This document shows, piece after piece, positions 38,246-50,905 of a stretch of DNA of 64,000 nt. Under the pieces are notes generated by a model. It did not search any database and had not been told where the DNA came from. It saw only the letters and a program-made list of their open reading frames with translations. Numbering within the stretch: the stretch's first letter is position 1; the number at the start of each line of letters is the position of its first letter. The translations under genes and the position numbers were made by a program. This stretch comes from Azolla caroliniana (taxonomy: Eukaryota; Plantae; Polypodiophyta), in contig JBHGNT010000015.1 of assembly GCA_043228905.1 (NCBI GenBank), forward strand, positions 14,260,001 to 14,324,000, read 5' to 3'.

Positions 38246-38688
38246 ACGCGTTGTACCACAAGGGAGCCGATGGAATATGGTGACATGGTCCGAAACGATG
38301 AAAGGACGGGAAGCCCATTGCGGAGTGGCGGGCGGGGACTATACCAGGGACACTACAGCAAGAAAATTTTGGAGAAATGGATTATGGTGGCCGACAACCC
38401 TAAAAGAGCGACCTGGTATTCAAAGGAATGTGATCTCTGTCAACGAATGGGCCAACCCACAAAACAGGCATGGATGCCTCACCAACCTGTTTTGCCATTG
38501 GACCCTTTTCAAAAATGGGGTTTGGATTTTGTAGGACGATTCAAGCCGCTGACAATGTGAACTAGCAACCAGTATATTATTATCGCGACCGATTATTGTA
38601 CAAAGTGGGTAGAAGCCAAAGCTCTGAGACACAACACCGCAACATCGAAGGCGAAAATTTTATATGAATACATTTGGTGCAGATACGG

Positions 38689-39834
38689 TGTCATAAAAAC
38701 CCGTCACTATGTGTGAAACCGTCGGGGTCCTAGACCGAAAGGAATCGAAGTTTGTACTAGCTTTAGCAAGAAAGTATTTAAGATAGATTGAGATAGAGAT
38801 TGAACCCTTGATTTTAGATTTGAGACACAAGATATATCACCAATTAGATAACGAATTTTCTCGTTATTAATTTCTTGATTAGTATATAGCTTGCTTGATC
38901 CCCTTTTCTTTTTCCTCCCTTCTTTTATAGATTCCCCCATGCATATGATGCATGTGAGGGTACAAGACATGCATACAATGCATGTAATGCATGAAATGCA
39001 TGCGATGCATGTTTGCCATTCGGTGCTCATGCATTATATGTGACCCATAATAACCATGTCACTCTTTCAAGCTCTCATGTATAAGAATTTACATGTAAAA
39101 GTATAATGATGAAAACATGATTTTTGAAGATATGACTTGGCTTAGTGGTAAGCTTATTGGCTTTTATCTTGGAGGCGCAAGGTTTAAATTCTTACTTGCA
39201 CCCCTTTTTATACAAAGTTTTACTAAGCTTTAGTCTCGTATTTACAAATGTTTAACCGAAAATCCTCACAACAACGTACATCGTGACTGAACCGTGCAAA
39301 CCGACCAAATCGCGACCAAGCCGTGCGAACCCAGACCGTGCGCACACACGCGTTTCGACCGGACCGAACCGAGCCATGCAGGTGCATCTCGACCGGACTG
39401 TGCTATGCAAGCGTGTCCCGATCAAGCCAAAACAATTCCAAGCAATTCATCCACATCTATCCATCTAAACAATGTGGTTTGAATCACTTTAACATTTCTA
39501 TACTCTATACATAGAGATATAAAATAAGAAGTTTGGGATCTTGATATATAATCTAGGATCCGGATGTGTCCTATCTATATGGGATATCTCATAGTTTTGT
39601 TTTCCTCTTCTTCTCAAACTTCATAGTCACATAACTTGATATTTAGTTGTCTGTTTCATATGTAGTAAAATGTGTTCGGAAGCTCTTGAAGACATCCATC
39701 TTTTCGTACCAACATATTAAAACTAATCTAAAATAATACCTTCTGACTATTGTTTTATATCGTGTGTGAAGAACCACACTTGATTTTGTATGTTCCTCGC
39801 AATTTTCACACTGATGCCGAAAATCTTCACGACA
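38689..39834 (-). mobile_element. Solo LTR (~1.15 kb) of the Trp-primed gypsy group, inserted in the F integrase
   Basis: TG...CA ends; 4-bp TSD ACGG; start TGTCGTGAAGATTTTCG like B and G; promoter block shared with the A LTR. Confidence 0.9.
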
Positions 39835-40751
39835 ACGGTTAGCCGATTGAGCTTATCAGTGCTTAGGGTGGTCATTTCCTCGTCTAGGTAGTGGAAATCT
39901 TGACAATGTTCTACGTGGTTCTACATAAATGGAGCACATTGTACTATCCATAGGCTAATGGACTAGCGGAATCCACCAATAAGACACTCCAGAATATTCT
40001 CTAGAAGATCGTCAATGAAAACCGAACTGATTGGGACACAAAGTTACAAAGCGCGCTATGGGCATACTAGACGGCGTACAAGACAAGTATCCGGACGATA
40101 CCGTTCCGGTTAGAGTTTCGGTTAGAAGCGGTCATGCCGATGGAATTCCAAATTCCCAACTTATAGATACAAGTCTGAGAATGGTTGAGTGAAAAAGAAT
40201 CGAAAAAAATCTGGTTGGCGGCGTTGTGCGAATTGGAAGAACACTGGATATCGAGTATCTTATAATTAGAACTTGAGCAATGATGAAGAAAAGCTTTCGT
40301 GGACCGGCACCGACGGGGAAACGAGAAAGATTTCAGGATCGGTAAAGTCGTCTTCGTATTCCAGACCCGGATGGGGAAAATGTCGGGGAAGCTACGGTTC
40401 CGGTGGATCGGGACGTATTGGATAACGAGAGAGTTTAAAGGGTCCTACCAATTGGGCACTTTAGCCGGTGAAGTGCTAGAAAAGTGGGTTAATGGGTTCC
40501 GGTTAAAACCCTACTATGGACTGATGCCAAGGAATTTGTTCGAGGAATGGAAAAAGGAAACGGAAGACGGTGAACTTGCACTAGAGCCGACATCGCTATT
40601 TAAAGCGCACCATGCGGCAGAAAAGAAAAAAAAGGACGGTCACCCCGAAACGACGTGATGTTAGCCATTTAAAAGCGCACCATGCGGTCTACAAATACTA
40701 TTATGGTACACGACGTGCATGCACGGGAATCAAGAAAAGGCGGTTGGACAA

Positions 40752-41530
40752 AATGGGGGCACAAAATATCCGGTTAACAGAGGCACTTTCCTTTCGTGAA
40801 AATAGGATATTCAGAGAGCAGATACACTCACAGATTTCCGAACGAGTGCAGGCAAGCATCAACATCCAAGCACTTCACCGACACAATGAGAGTGAAGAAG
40901 AAGACACGAGACCAATGGCTCTATCCGATGCGGCGAAAGATTGGTTCAGCAGAAACGGATTGGAGGAATTCCTCCAGATAGCTGAGGCGCCACCACATGA
41001 AGAACCAGAGAGGGTCGCCTTACAAATCGACCTTGATGAAATCACGGAGGGCATGGTGTAGGCCCTTACGAGCCTACTGGCAGGAGGCCTCTACTCCATC
41101 GAGAACCCCTCCAGTAAGACACTGATAGAGTACTTCAGAGAGTACTCCATAGCCAACAAAGCATACTGCACACAAGGGGGCGAGGACCCTCCATTTCGGG
41201 AGGTGCCATGGGTGTTAATCGAATACAGATTTGTGCACCCTCGCCCACCGGCCATGTCTAAAAACACAGTCGGTTTTATCATTGCAACGTACGAAGGTGT
41301 CAAGGTGGACTTGCCGGCTATAATGGCGGATTCCTTGCGGGTTGCCATTCACTTGGTGGTGGACAGGAAGAGGCTTGGACTGCGGTAGCGCAATGGCTCA
41401 CCTTGCAAGTACCCCAACCACCGGCCATTCAAGCAAAGAAGCGAGGCCGATCAACAAAAACAACGCAGAATAAAACGACGAAACGGCAGCAGCTCCTCGC
41501 CAAGCACACCCCTAGTTGGACAGAAGGATT
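40752..41530 (+). pseudogene. Extra ORF downstream of the F integrase (eORF, function unknown), disrupted and truncated
   Basis: ORFs 40612-41061 and 41203-41388 are one frame split by a TAG; located 3' of pol in the same orientation. Confidence 0.6.
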
Positions 41531-42132
41531 TAGGTGCAAGCCAAGGAGTCGCAAATGTCCTTGATTCAAGCTATATAATTGGCCATAGACAGATCTTTCT
41601 GTTGGACATTTTTGAGCTCTTGTCAGAGTTGCAGCTTCCTTGCCGTTGTGCTTGCCGCAAAAACCTTCTTCAGGTTCGTCCAAGCATCTTTGGGCATCTT
41701 GGCATCTCGGATGTAGCTAAGTAGATGATCATAGACACTGGATCCAAAGGAGTACATTACTCTGCTTGTCGCCTGCTCCGAGGCTGGATAATCCCTGTGC
41801 GTTGTGTCTGGTGTTGCATCGTTCGCTCCGTCGACATAACTCTAGTACCCATGTCCAAGGAGGTTCTAGTGCATCTTGTATGATCAGGATGCCTAGTTGC
41901 TTCTATCGAGCTTCTCCTTCAAAAGCGAGCTTCCCATACCTCTGTTCATTTCTCTTCTTCTTCTTTTTTTCGAAAAAAAAATCAACTTCCTTGGCTCTAT
42001 GTTCAAAAGTTCTTGTCGGCAGTAGAGGATATTCTAACCCTCGCGCTCTGATACCATGTAGAAATTACCATGCGGATGCTATGAACAGACCACAACTGGC
42101 TCAGCTGGATAGCAACAGAAAACAAAAACGCA
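41531..42132 (-). mobile_element. Element K: copia fragment (LTR end, Met PBS, gag start), related to J
   Basis: PBS TGGTATCAGAGC ending at 42056; manual translation AWTNLKKVFAASTTARKLQL*QEL. Confidence 0.82.
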
Positions 42133-44014
42133 GGTTCAATGGAAAGCATCCGGAACGGTTTCATGAAGTGAACCTGGCGCGAGCCTGGAAGAGAACACAT
42201 TGTACGTGTTGCATGCTCGATTATGCCAAGGGGAAGTGAACGTGGCAACCGATGGCGAGTTGTGGCACAAGAGGTTGTGCCACATGAGTGAGAAGGGGAT
42301 GCGAAACCTCCTTCCGAACAAGGCCCCCAACAAGGAAGACAATGTCGTTGGAACTCATGCATACGGACGTATGCTACATAAACACTAAGTCACATGCCGG
42401 TTCACAATATTTTGTGACCTTCATAGACGATTGTAGCCGGAAGTTGTGGGCTTCCGTATTGAAAACCAAGGACCATGTGTTGTCAGTCTTCAAGGAGTTC
42501 CAGCAAGGGCAAAGAGAGAAACTGGCCAGAAGTTGAAGGCGATTCGAGCAGATAACGGAGGAGAATACCGCAAGTAGTTCGATGATTTCTACCGATCGAA
42601 GGGTATCCGGCTCGAATATACCGTGCCAAAGGCGCCAAAACTAAATTGGATGGCCGAGAGAATGAACCAAGCTGTCATGGAAAGAGTTCGGAGCATGCTT
42701 GCACACGCAAAACTATCCAAGAGGTTCTCGGCTGAGGCACTAATGACGGTGGTGCATGTGATAAACAGGTCACCCTCAACACCCTTGGATGGTGATATTC
42801 CACAAAGGGTGTGCACTTGCATAGACGTCTCGTACCGACATCTGAGGGTGTTTAGTTGTCTTGCCTATGTGCATATTGCAAAGGACCGAAGGGGAAAACT
42901 AGACCCGAAAACTCGGTCATGCATATTTCTCGGATACAACGACGACGAATTCATCTATTGGTTATGGGACTTAGCCAAGAAGAAAGTGATCCGGAGTCGA
43001 GGCATCGTCTTCATGGAAGAAAAGATGATTGCCGACTGGGAGATGGAGAAGACAGGGTCGACATCCAAGTCAACTGAGAATAGGCCTCCAGCTACAGATT
43101 CGGGCCGAGTTGATGAGCAGCCGAATCGAACAAAAATCGATTCGACCGAAGTCTAATACGAACCAATCGGCTGAGTAATTAGTCGGCAAAATTGAGAGCC
43201 GACTACTGTGAATGAAAGCAGGAGATACCCTCTAAGAGAGAGAAGGGCCCCCAGAAGATTTCCGGATAGAGAATATGTGTTGTTAACCGATAAGGGGGAA
43301 CCGGAAAGCTTCGATGAAGCAAAGAGGGATACCTACGACCGAAAGTGGTTAAGTGCTATGAAGGATGAAATGGATTCCCTACATGAGAACCACACACATA
43401 AGTTCACCGAGTTGCTAAAACGAAAGAAGGCCCTCTGGAACAAGTGGGTATACAAATTGAAGCCAAGAGAAAGTGGGAATCCACCCAGGTACAAAGCCTG
43501 GATTGTGGTGAAAGGATTTCAGCAAAAGAAGGGTGTGGATTTCGATGAAATATTTGCCCCAGTAGTAAAAATGACGTCGATACGGACGGTGCTAAGCATA
43601 GCAGCCAACATGGACTTCGAAGTCGAGTAGTTAGATGTCAAAATTGACTTCCTGCATGGACATTTAGAGGAACAAATCTACATGCGGCAACCAAAGGGAT
43701 TCATGGAGAATGGAATTTAGGAGAACTTGGTATGACGACTAAAGAAAAGCTTGTACAGGCTGAAGCAGGCACCCCGGAAATGGTACCGAAAGTTCGAATC
43801 CTTCATGGTCGATCATCGCCTCACCAAGACACAAGCCGATCATTGTGACTTTGTTAAGAAATATGATGGAGGAGACTTTCTCATCCTCCTATTGTATGTT
43901 GATGACATGCTAATTGTCGGATAGGACCCGAAGAAAATCGAAAGCTTGAAGAAGGCCCTTAGCAAGTCATTTGCGATGAAGGATATGGGTCCGACAAAGA
44001 AAATTCTGGGAATG
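42133..44014 (+). mobile_element. Element L: degenerate copia INT-RT fragment, related to C
   Basis: LWHKRLCHMSEKG, ERMNQAVMERVRSM, FDEIFAPVVKMTSIR, LLYVDD; cut by M at KILGM. Confidence 0.9.
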
Positions 44015-45890
44015 TGTAGAGAAATGAATCTTCTGTCCACAAAAGAAAGGAATATGTTGAAATACTCAACTCTTATACACAAAAAATGGTGCACACAGAT
44101 TTAACGTGAAAACCCTAAAGCGGGAGAAAACCATGGAGAACGGAGCTTCACTATACAGTGGATATACAACAACAAGATCAGAGTACAACACTCTCTACAC
44201 CGAGTGTATTAGCCGCGTAGGGCTCTTGGCGTATGATGTTACAGAAAACAGCTACGGCACCGTTACCTCTCTCTCCTCCTTTCTCACTCTTCTCTATCGC
44301 TCGCTACAACCGAGGATCACAGACTATTTTCACTACACACTCTCTGTCTCCCACACTCTTATTTGCCCTAGGTGTATTTATACTTATCCCTGTATAGGCT
44401 ATTTACAAATGTAACCCCTACTACACATCACTATTATTATTATCTATAATAATAGGTAGCCATTAGTCGACCCTAGTGTTGACTGTCTAACCGGTCCGAC
44501 TAGTCAAGTTGGTTATCGACCATCGGGTTGTCCCGACTAGTCGGTCGCATCTTTGACCTAGATCTCCTTTCTATTGCCTCACATAGTCGACTTTCTCGCA
44601 GTCGATTCTTCAACCATCGGTACTCAGAACAAACAGTTATCTCCTCCTAGTCCTCGATTGTTGGCACTTCTTGGCCCGAACAGTCAGCTCCTCCCACTGG
44701 AGGGACATATTCCTAACAAACTCTCCCTTCACTCCTGTGGGGAGGAGTTCGTTATTCTTGTCCTCTATTGACAGACTCTAAGCTTGTCCATTGGTAGGCT
44801 CTTTGTCAGCATGTCGGATCCATTGTCGTTAGTATGGATCGTCACGAGGGTAAACTCTCCTTCTTCGACTTTCTCCCACAAGCAGTGATACCTTCTCTGT
44901 ATGTGCTTGGTCTAGGAGTGGTATGCAGCATTCTTGGCTAGATGTATGGAACTCTGGTTGTCACAATGAAGCAAGAAATCCCTTTGCTTCATCCCGAACT
45001 TGTTGAGAAGGTATCTCATCCAAATCAGCTTCTTGCCGGTCTCTACCACTGCCATATACTCTGCCTCTGTGGTCGACAACGCCATAGACTTCTACAGTCG
45101 TGACTACCATGACACTGCTCCCCCTGTATAGGTCATCACATACCCTGACGTGGATTGGCTTGAATCTACATCCCCCAACATGTCCGAGTCAGTAAACCCT
45201 TCGAGCATGGGTTTTCTGACACCATACCCTAGGCGTATATACCCTTGAGGTGCCTTTTAAGTACCTGAGTATCCACTTCACCGCTGCCTAGTGTTCTCTT
45301 CTTGGATTACTAATGTATCGGCTTACTATCCCCACAACAAAAGCGATGTTTGGTCTCGCGCACACCATAGCATCTACATCCCCCGACATGTCTGAGTCAG
45401 TAAACCCTTCGAGCATGGGTTTTCTAACACCATACCCTAGGCATACCCTTGAGGTGCCTTTTAAGTACTTGAGTATCCGCTTCACCACTGCCTAGTGTTC
45501 TCTTCCTAGATTACTAATGTATTGGCTTACTATCCCCACAGCAAAAGTTATGTCTAGTCTCGTGCACACCATAGCATACATCAGACTGTTGACGGCTAAG
45601 GCAGATTGTTTTGCATTTAACTTGCAGTTAGTCGGTAACACAGAGCCGACAGGCATTGCTTCTGACATGTTGAATCTTTCTACGATCTTCGTCACATATT
45701 TCCCTTGTGACAACCACAACACTTCCTTAAGTTCTGTCCCGAACTATGTGCATCCCTAAGATCTGTTTAGCCGGATCAAGATCTTTCATGGCAAACGATT
45801 TGCCTAGAGCTTTCTTCAAGCTTCCAATCTTCCTTGTATCTTGACCGACTATCAACATGTCGTCTACATATAATAAGAGAATGAAGAAAT
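44015..45890 (-). mobile_element. Element M: copia 3' part (LTR 44015-44718, PPT, RH and RT end) with a ~208-bp internal duplication
   Basis: TGTAG...TAACA; PPT at 44719; LLYVDDML; TCTACATCCCC block at ~45164 and ~45373. Confidence 0.88.
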
Positions 45891-48800
45891 TGTTGACAAG
45901 CAAGCTCAACAAAGGTATGTGATGCTTATTGAGAAATAAGCAATAGTAGTTATTAGCTAATTAGGTATTGGTGGACATAAAGGTGAAACAACTATTTAGC
46001 TATGCATAGCTATTTAGCTACTGATAGCTATTTAGCTGCATATGTAAGTGACTTATGTACTTAGGTAAAAAGTAAGTGTAGTAAGTAGAAAAGGTTGTAA
46101 GAGTGATAGTAGAGAAAAAAAGAAGAAAAAACAGAGAATAGAAAACTGACGAGAGCGAGTTGAGCTTTGCGTGTAATGAAATAGAAGAAGCTTTTTGGTT
46201 TGCTAGACAGAGGTAAATCTCCTTGCCCTTCCTTTCTGTCTTGAGCACTAAACAATCCAGCACATTACGATCCGTTGTGCACACAGAAGAGTCATAGTGC
46301 CTTTGTAACATGGTATCAGAGCAGAGTTGCTCGTAAAGAAGATTAGAACAGTACAGATCTAAAAAGTTTGGTTCTGGTTGTTGCTCTGAATTAGAGAGTT
46401 TTCTGTGAAGTTAATCATAACAAAAGCCCTAATTGAAAGAGAGAATGGTTGCTGAGAATGGAAGCCAAATAGTCACAGAAAAATTAGATAAAAAGAATTT
46501 CCCGGCGTGGAAATTCAGAATGACAAATTTCTTGATGGGAAAAGGATACTGAGATTACATTGAAGGAAAAGAGGCTCCAAAGATCCCTGAAGAAAATGCA
46601 ACTGCAACACAAATTAAAGCATTTAAGGAATGGAATCAAGGGGCAAGAAAGGTATTGCATTGGCTCTCACTTAGCATCTCAGATTCAATGCTTGGACACA
46701 TAGAGGATGCTATGCTTCCAAAAGAAGCTTGGGATAGTTTGGTAAAATTGTTTGCAGTGAACACCAAGGCTAGAAAGCTTCAGTTGAAGATTGAGCTAAA
46801 TACCTTGGAAAAAGGTAAGATGTCAATGAATGAGTATGCTCTGAAAATAAAGAGCATATGTGAATCACTTGCTTCTATCAATGTGAAGGTAGAAGATGAT
46901 GATAAGGTGGAAATATGCTTAAGAGGCTTAGGACCTCAATATAAAAGCTTCAAAACATTTATTCTCACAAGGGATAGCATCCCAAGTTTTTCAGATCTGG
47001 TTTCAATGCTTGTAGTGGAAAAAAGAAATCAGATGGATGATGTAAACAAAGGAAACTCTGAGACTAAGGGGCAAGCCCTCTACAATAGTGGTGGAAGAGG
47101 CCGAGGAAGAGGCAATGGAAGATTTGGTTTAGCTAGAACCAACAACAATAGTTATCAAGGAAGAGGACAAGAAGTTACCAATGGAAGAAACTACATCAGA
47201 GGCAAGGGGAGCAATCGAGGCAAAGGTAAGAAAACTTATTTGAATGATGATGGTTGTTGGTATTGTGGAAAACCAGGCCATACATAGGCTCAATGCTATC
47301 AAAAGCAAAATGATGAAAAAAGAGGGAAGAGACAGCAAAATAATTATGCCTCAACTAGTGAAGACTGTGATAACGATGGTGCATTTGTGGTGCAACATGA
47401 AACAGTAGCAATGGCTGAATGTTCACAGAGATGCAATGAAGAGTTTATGTGGTATGTAGATTCTGGGGCATCTAATCATATGACAGGACATGCAAACTGG
47501 TTTGAAAGCCTAAGAAAACTAGAGATTCCTAGTTATGTACAGACAGGTGATAATACTACTCACCAAATAGAGCATATTGGAGATATCCCATTGTGGGAAG
47601 AAAAAGGAAAAAGGAACTATATGTTGAATGTTATGCATGTGCCAAAACTTGCAAAATATCTGATTTATGTTGGACAGATAGTGGAGCAAAGAATGCAAGT
47701 TAAGTTTAAGCAAAGTGGATGTTTTATAGAGAAACAGGGAAAACTTATTGCAAAAGGAAAATGACAAGGAAGGATGTTTGTGTTAGATGTGGATATGCCT
47801 AAAAAGATTACAGCCATGTTTGTAGAAGGAATGAGTGTAATTTCAGATGTAGAAATGTGGCATAAAAGAATCAGTCACATAAGTATGCAAACAATGAAAA
47901 ATATGTTGAGGAAAAATGTAGTGGTTGGACTGCCTAAGTTGAAAGATTGTGAGATGAGCAAAATATTTGAAGCATATCAATATGGAAAGCGAAAAGGTTG
48001 CCTTTCCCTCATGAAGGACATGTAAGCAAAAATTTGTTGGATTTGGTACATATATAGATGTATGGGGACCAACAAAAAATGCATCAATTAGTGGATATAA
48101 GTTTTATGTAACATTTATTGACGATTGCTCAAGGAAAACATGGGTTTACTTCATGAAAGAAAAAAGTGAAGTATTTGATTGCTTTCGTAAGTTTAAATGT
48201 ATGGTGGAAAAGCAAGTTGGAACTAGAATAAAATGCTTAAGATCTGATGGAGGAGAGTACTTCTCAAATGAATTTCTGATTTTCGATGCAATCAAGGAAT
48301 AAGGAGACAGTTTACATGCAGATATACTCCACAACAAAATGGAGGTGCTGAGAAAAAAAATAGAACTTTGGTCAACATAGCAAGAGCTTTAATGACAGAA
48401 AAAAATATGCCATTGTATACTGGGCAGAAGCTATAAACACAACAAACTATATCCTAAATAGATGTATAACATCTGGAGTACATGAAGTAACTTCTGAAGA
48501 ATGTTTCTATGGTAGAAAGTTGAGTTTAGGACACTTAAAAGTGTTTGGATGCCTTGCCTATGTTCATATACCTGCTAAAGTGAGAAGTAAGCTTGATCCA
48601 AAAGCTGAAAAATGTGTTTTTGTTGGATATTCAGAGGAGCAAAAAGGGTATAGATGTTATAACCCTGTGACAAAAAAGATTGTGGTAAGCCGTGAAGTAA
48701 TATTCGATGAGTTGGCCAACTGGTACAACCCAAAAGAGAATGTAGAAACTGATGAAGACTGTGAAAATGAAGATAGAGAAAAATCTGAAAATGGAAGAGA

Positions 48801-48919
48801 TTGTCATGGAGATGGAAACAATGTTAGACAACAAAGTTCCACATCAATGGAATGTACTGGACCATCTGGAAGCTCAGGTAGAAAATCTAAATCTAATGCA
48901 TGGAGTGGAAAAAATGCAA
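45891..48919 (+). mobile_element. Element N: copia 5' part (LTR 45891-46310, Met PBS, gag-PR-INT), cut by the Sola element
   Basis: PBS 46311-46322; gag from 46445; CWYCGKPGH; WYVDSGASNHM; KLDPKAEKC. Confidence 0.92.
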
Positions 48920-49489
48920 GAGGGTGGAAACACGCTACAGTGTACCAGAAAAGTACTGTTTTTGGCCACAAAAATTGTCAGTACTTTCGATACTGTTGGT
49001 ACTAAATAATTCAGAAAAAAAAAAACAATTTTGGAGAGTGGGGTGACTGTAGTACAAGTGTCATTTACTACAAGGAGTGGGGGGAACACGTGAGGAGATG
49101 TTCTTTCCATTTTGGGGGCTATTTTCCCTTCACGTCAATTTTGGCGCTTCCCCTCAAGTCGTTTTTGGTGGTTCCCCTCATACTCCTCTTCCTCTATCCC
49201 TCTGAGCTCTTCATCTTAGACATCCATGTCACATTTCTGCTTTTCCTCCAATCTAAGAGTTTTGTTAGGGGTTAGGGAGAAAATCTCAGACATCCATGTC
49301 AGGTTGGAGCTTTTGAGTTAAGGATTTCTGGTTTTTTTAGGGTTTCTATTTTTGTTAGGGTTTAGGTTGAGGAACAGAGACTATTTTGAGGCCTCTTATA
49401 ACAGCCAATAGTGACTTCTTCGACAACGACTTTCTTACTTCCATCAATTGTAGTTTATGTCGTGGTGATTTGGGGCTTTTTCCATCGAG

Positions 49490-49890
49490 GCGAGGATCCT
49501 TCCACCAAATCCAGGCAGCATATCACAAAGATTCAAGGCGCCCTCCACCATTGGAGGTTCTTTCTAGCAAATTGAGGTGGCATATCACACAGAATCAACG
49601 CTCCCGCCTTCATTGGAGGTTCCTTGCATCCAATTTTTTATTTTCAAGACTAAAATTTTTCATTTCTTCATTTTTCAGTACTAAATTTTTAGATTTTACA
49701 ATTGTCAAATTTGTACGTCGTGCTTCCACCATTGGAGGTTCCTTCCAGCAAATCGAGGCGGCATATCACACTGAATCAACGCTCCCGCCACCATTGGAGG
49801 TTCCTTCCATCCATTTTTTTATTTTCAGGACTAAAATTTTTCATTTCTTCATTTTTCAGTACTAAATTTTTAGATTTTACAATTGTCATA
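49490..49890. repeat. Subterminal duplications in the Sola leader (~65-bp motif, ~180-bp block x2)
   Basis: CATTGGAGGTTC at four positions; CTAAAATTTTTCATTTCTTCATTTTTCAGTACTAAATTTTTAG twice. Confidence 0.85.
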
Positions 49891-50232
49891 TTTGATTAAT
49901 AATTCTAATGTTCGAAACAAATTATTTCTCACTTTGCAGGCCAAATTTAAAAACATTTGACTGTGTTTTCTTAGTGTAGTCTATATAACATTAACTACTC
50001 TCGCCGGACGCTTAATTTTTTTGGATAAATCTAGTGAGCAAATGGGGGTCCCCAACGAGAGTGAGTTGTCAAGTAACTCATGTATATCTGAAAGGACCAA
50101 GAGAGGGGTGGTTCTTCACATAGTCCGTTATTTGGTAGAAATAACGAAGAGATTTAGTGAAGAGGATCGTAGGGATATTATATGTAGAGCACTTTCCATC
50201 GCATGCCTTCGCAAGTGCCTTCGCAAGTACGT

Positions 50233-50905
50233 GAACCCGACGTGAACCGCCGAGGTTTTTGACTAGGAGGAAGAGGAATACAAATTAAGGGTAGTTATGA
50301 ATAGTGGAAAGAGAAGTAAGATAACAATCTCGTGAATCCCACGAGTTTAGTGTATTTAAAACAATATTTAGATTATAAGAGTAATTTAGATGGCAAAATT
50401 CGTGAATCCCACGAATATATTAGATTGATCAATCCTTGTATATTAATCAACAACCTTATACATATTTCTCTCCTCCTTATATGAAGATGGAAGAGGCTAA
50501 GCATGGCTTCATGCTTTTTCACCTAAAGTGTCCATGCACACTAAATGTGCATGTGATGCTTTATCATTTCCTAAGTATAGGGCTCATGCACGCTAGATGT
50601 CCATGAGTCACTTTTAATGTCACGTGTAAATAAAATATTCACACCCTAAAGAATACATGATTTTTACCTTTTAATAAAGGTATGTGTAAATAAAGGTCTT
50701 ATACGTATTAAATCTATATGTATAACACTAAAGATAAGTTATTACAATGGTAAAGTTGGGGTTTATCTATGTGGAGGTGCAGGGTTTGAATCCTGCCCTA
50801 TGCACGTGATAAATGTTTTGATATATTATTTATTTATTTATATGTATCTAAAATCGGATATATTATTTTATGGTTTTCACGTAGTGTGTGGAATACACTA
50901 CGACA
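50233..50905 (-). mobile_element. Solo LTR of the H family with an aberrant U5 end
   Basis: Reverse complement of ~56540-57203; ACGT on both sides. Confidence 0.9.

Larger units (their letters stand above)
10860..41530 (+). mobile_element. Element F: old Athila-like Ty3/gypsy relic (RH-INT plus 3' extra ORF) in pieces 10860-11659, 38246-38688, 39835-41530
   Basis: FHVFVDASD, EREALGMIYSV, PFQKWGLDFVG, ATDYCTKWVEAKAL; reading frame rejoins across both insertions (DA|LYHKGADG; RYG|.PIEL). Confidence 0.85.

Noticed and set aside
45891-48919. Assigning J, K and N to a centromeric copia lineage such as Bryco
   Set aside because: No RT available for placement and only a standard Met PBS; lineage cannot be supported
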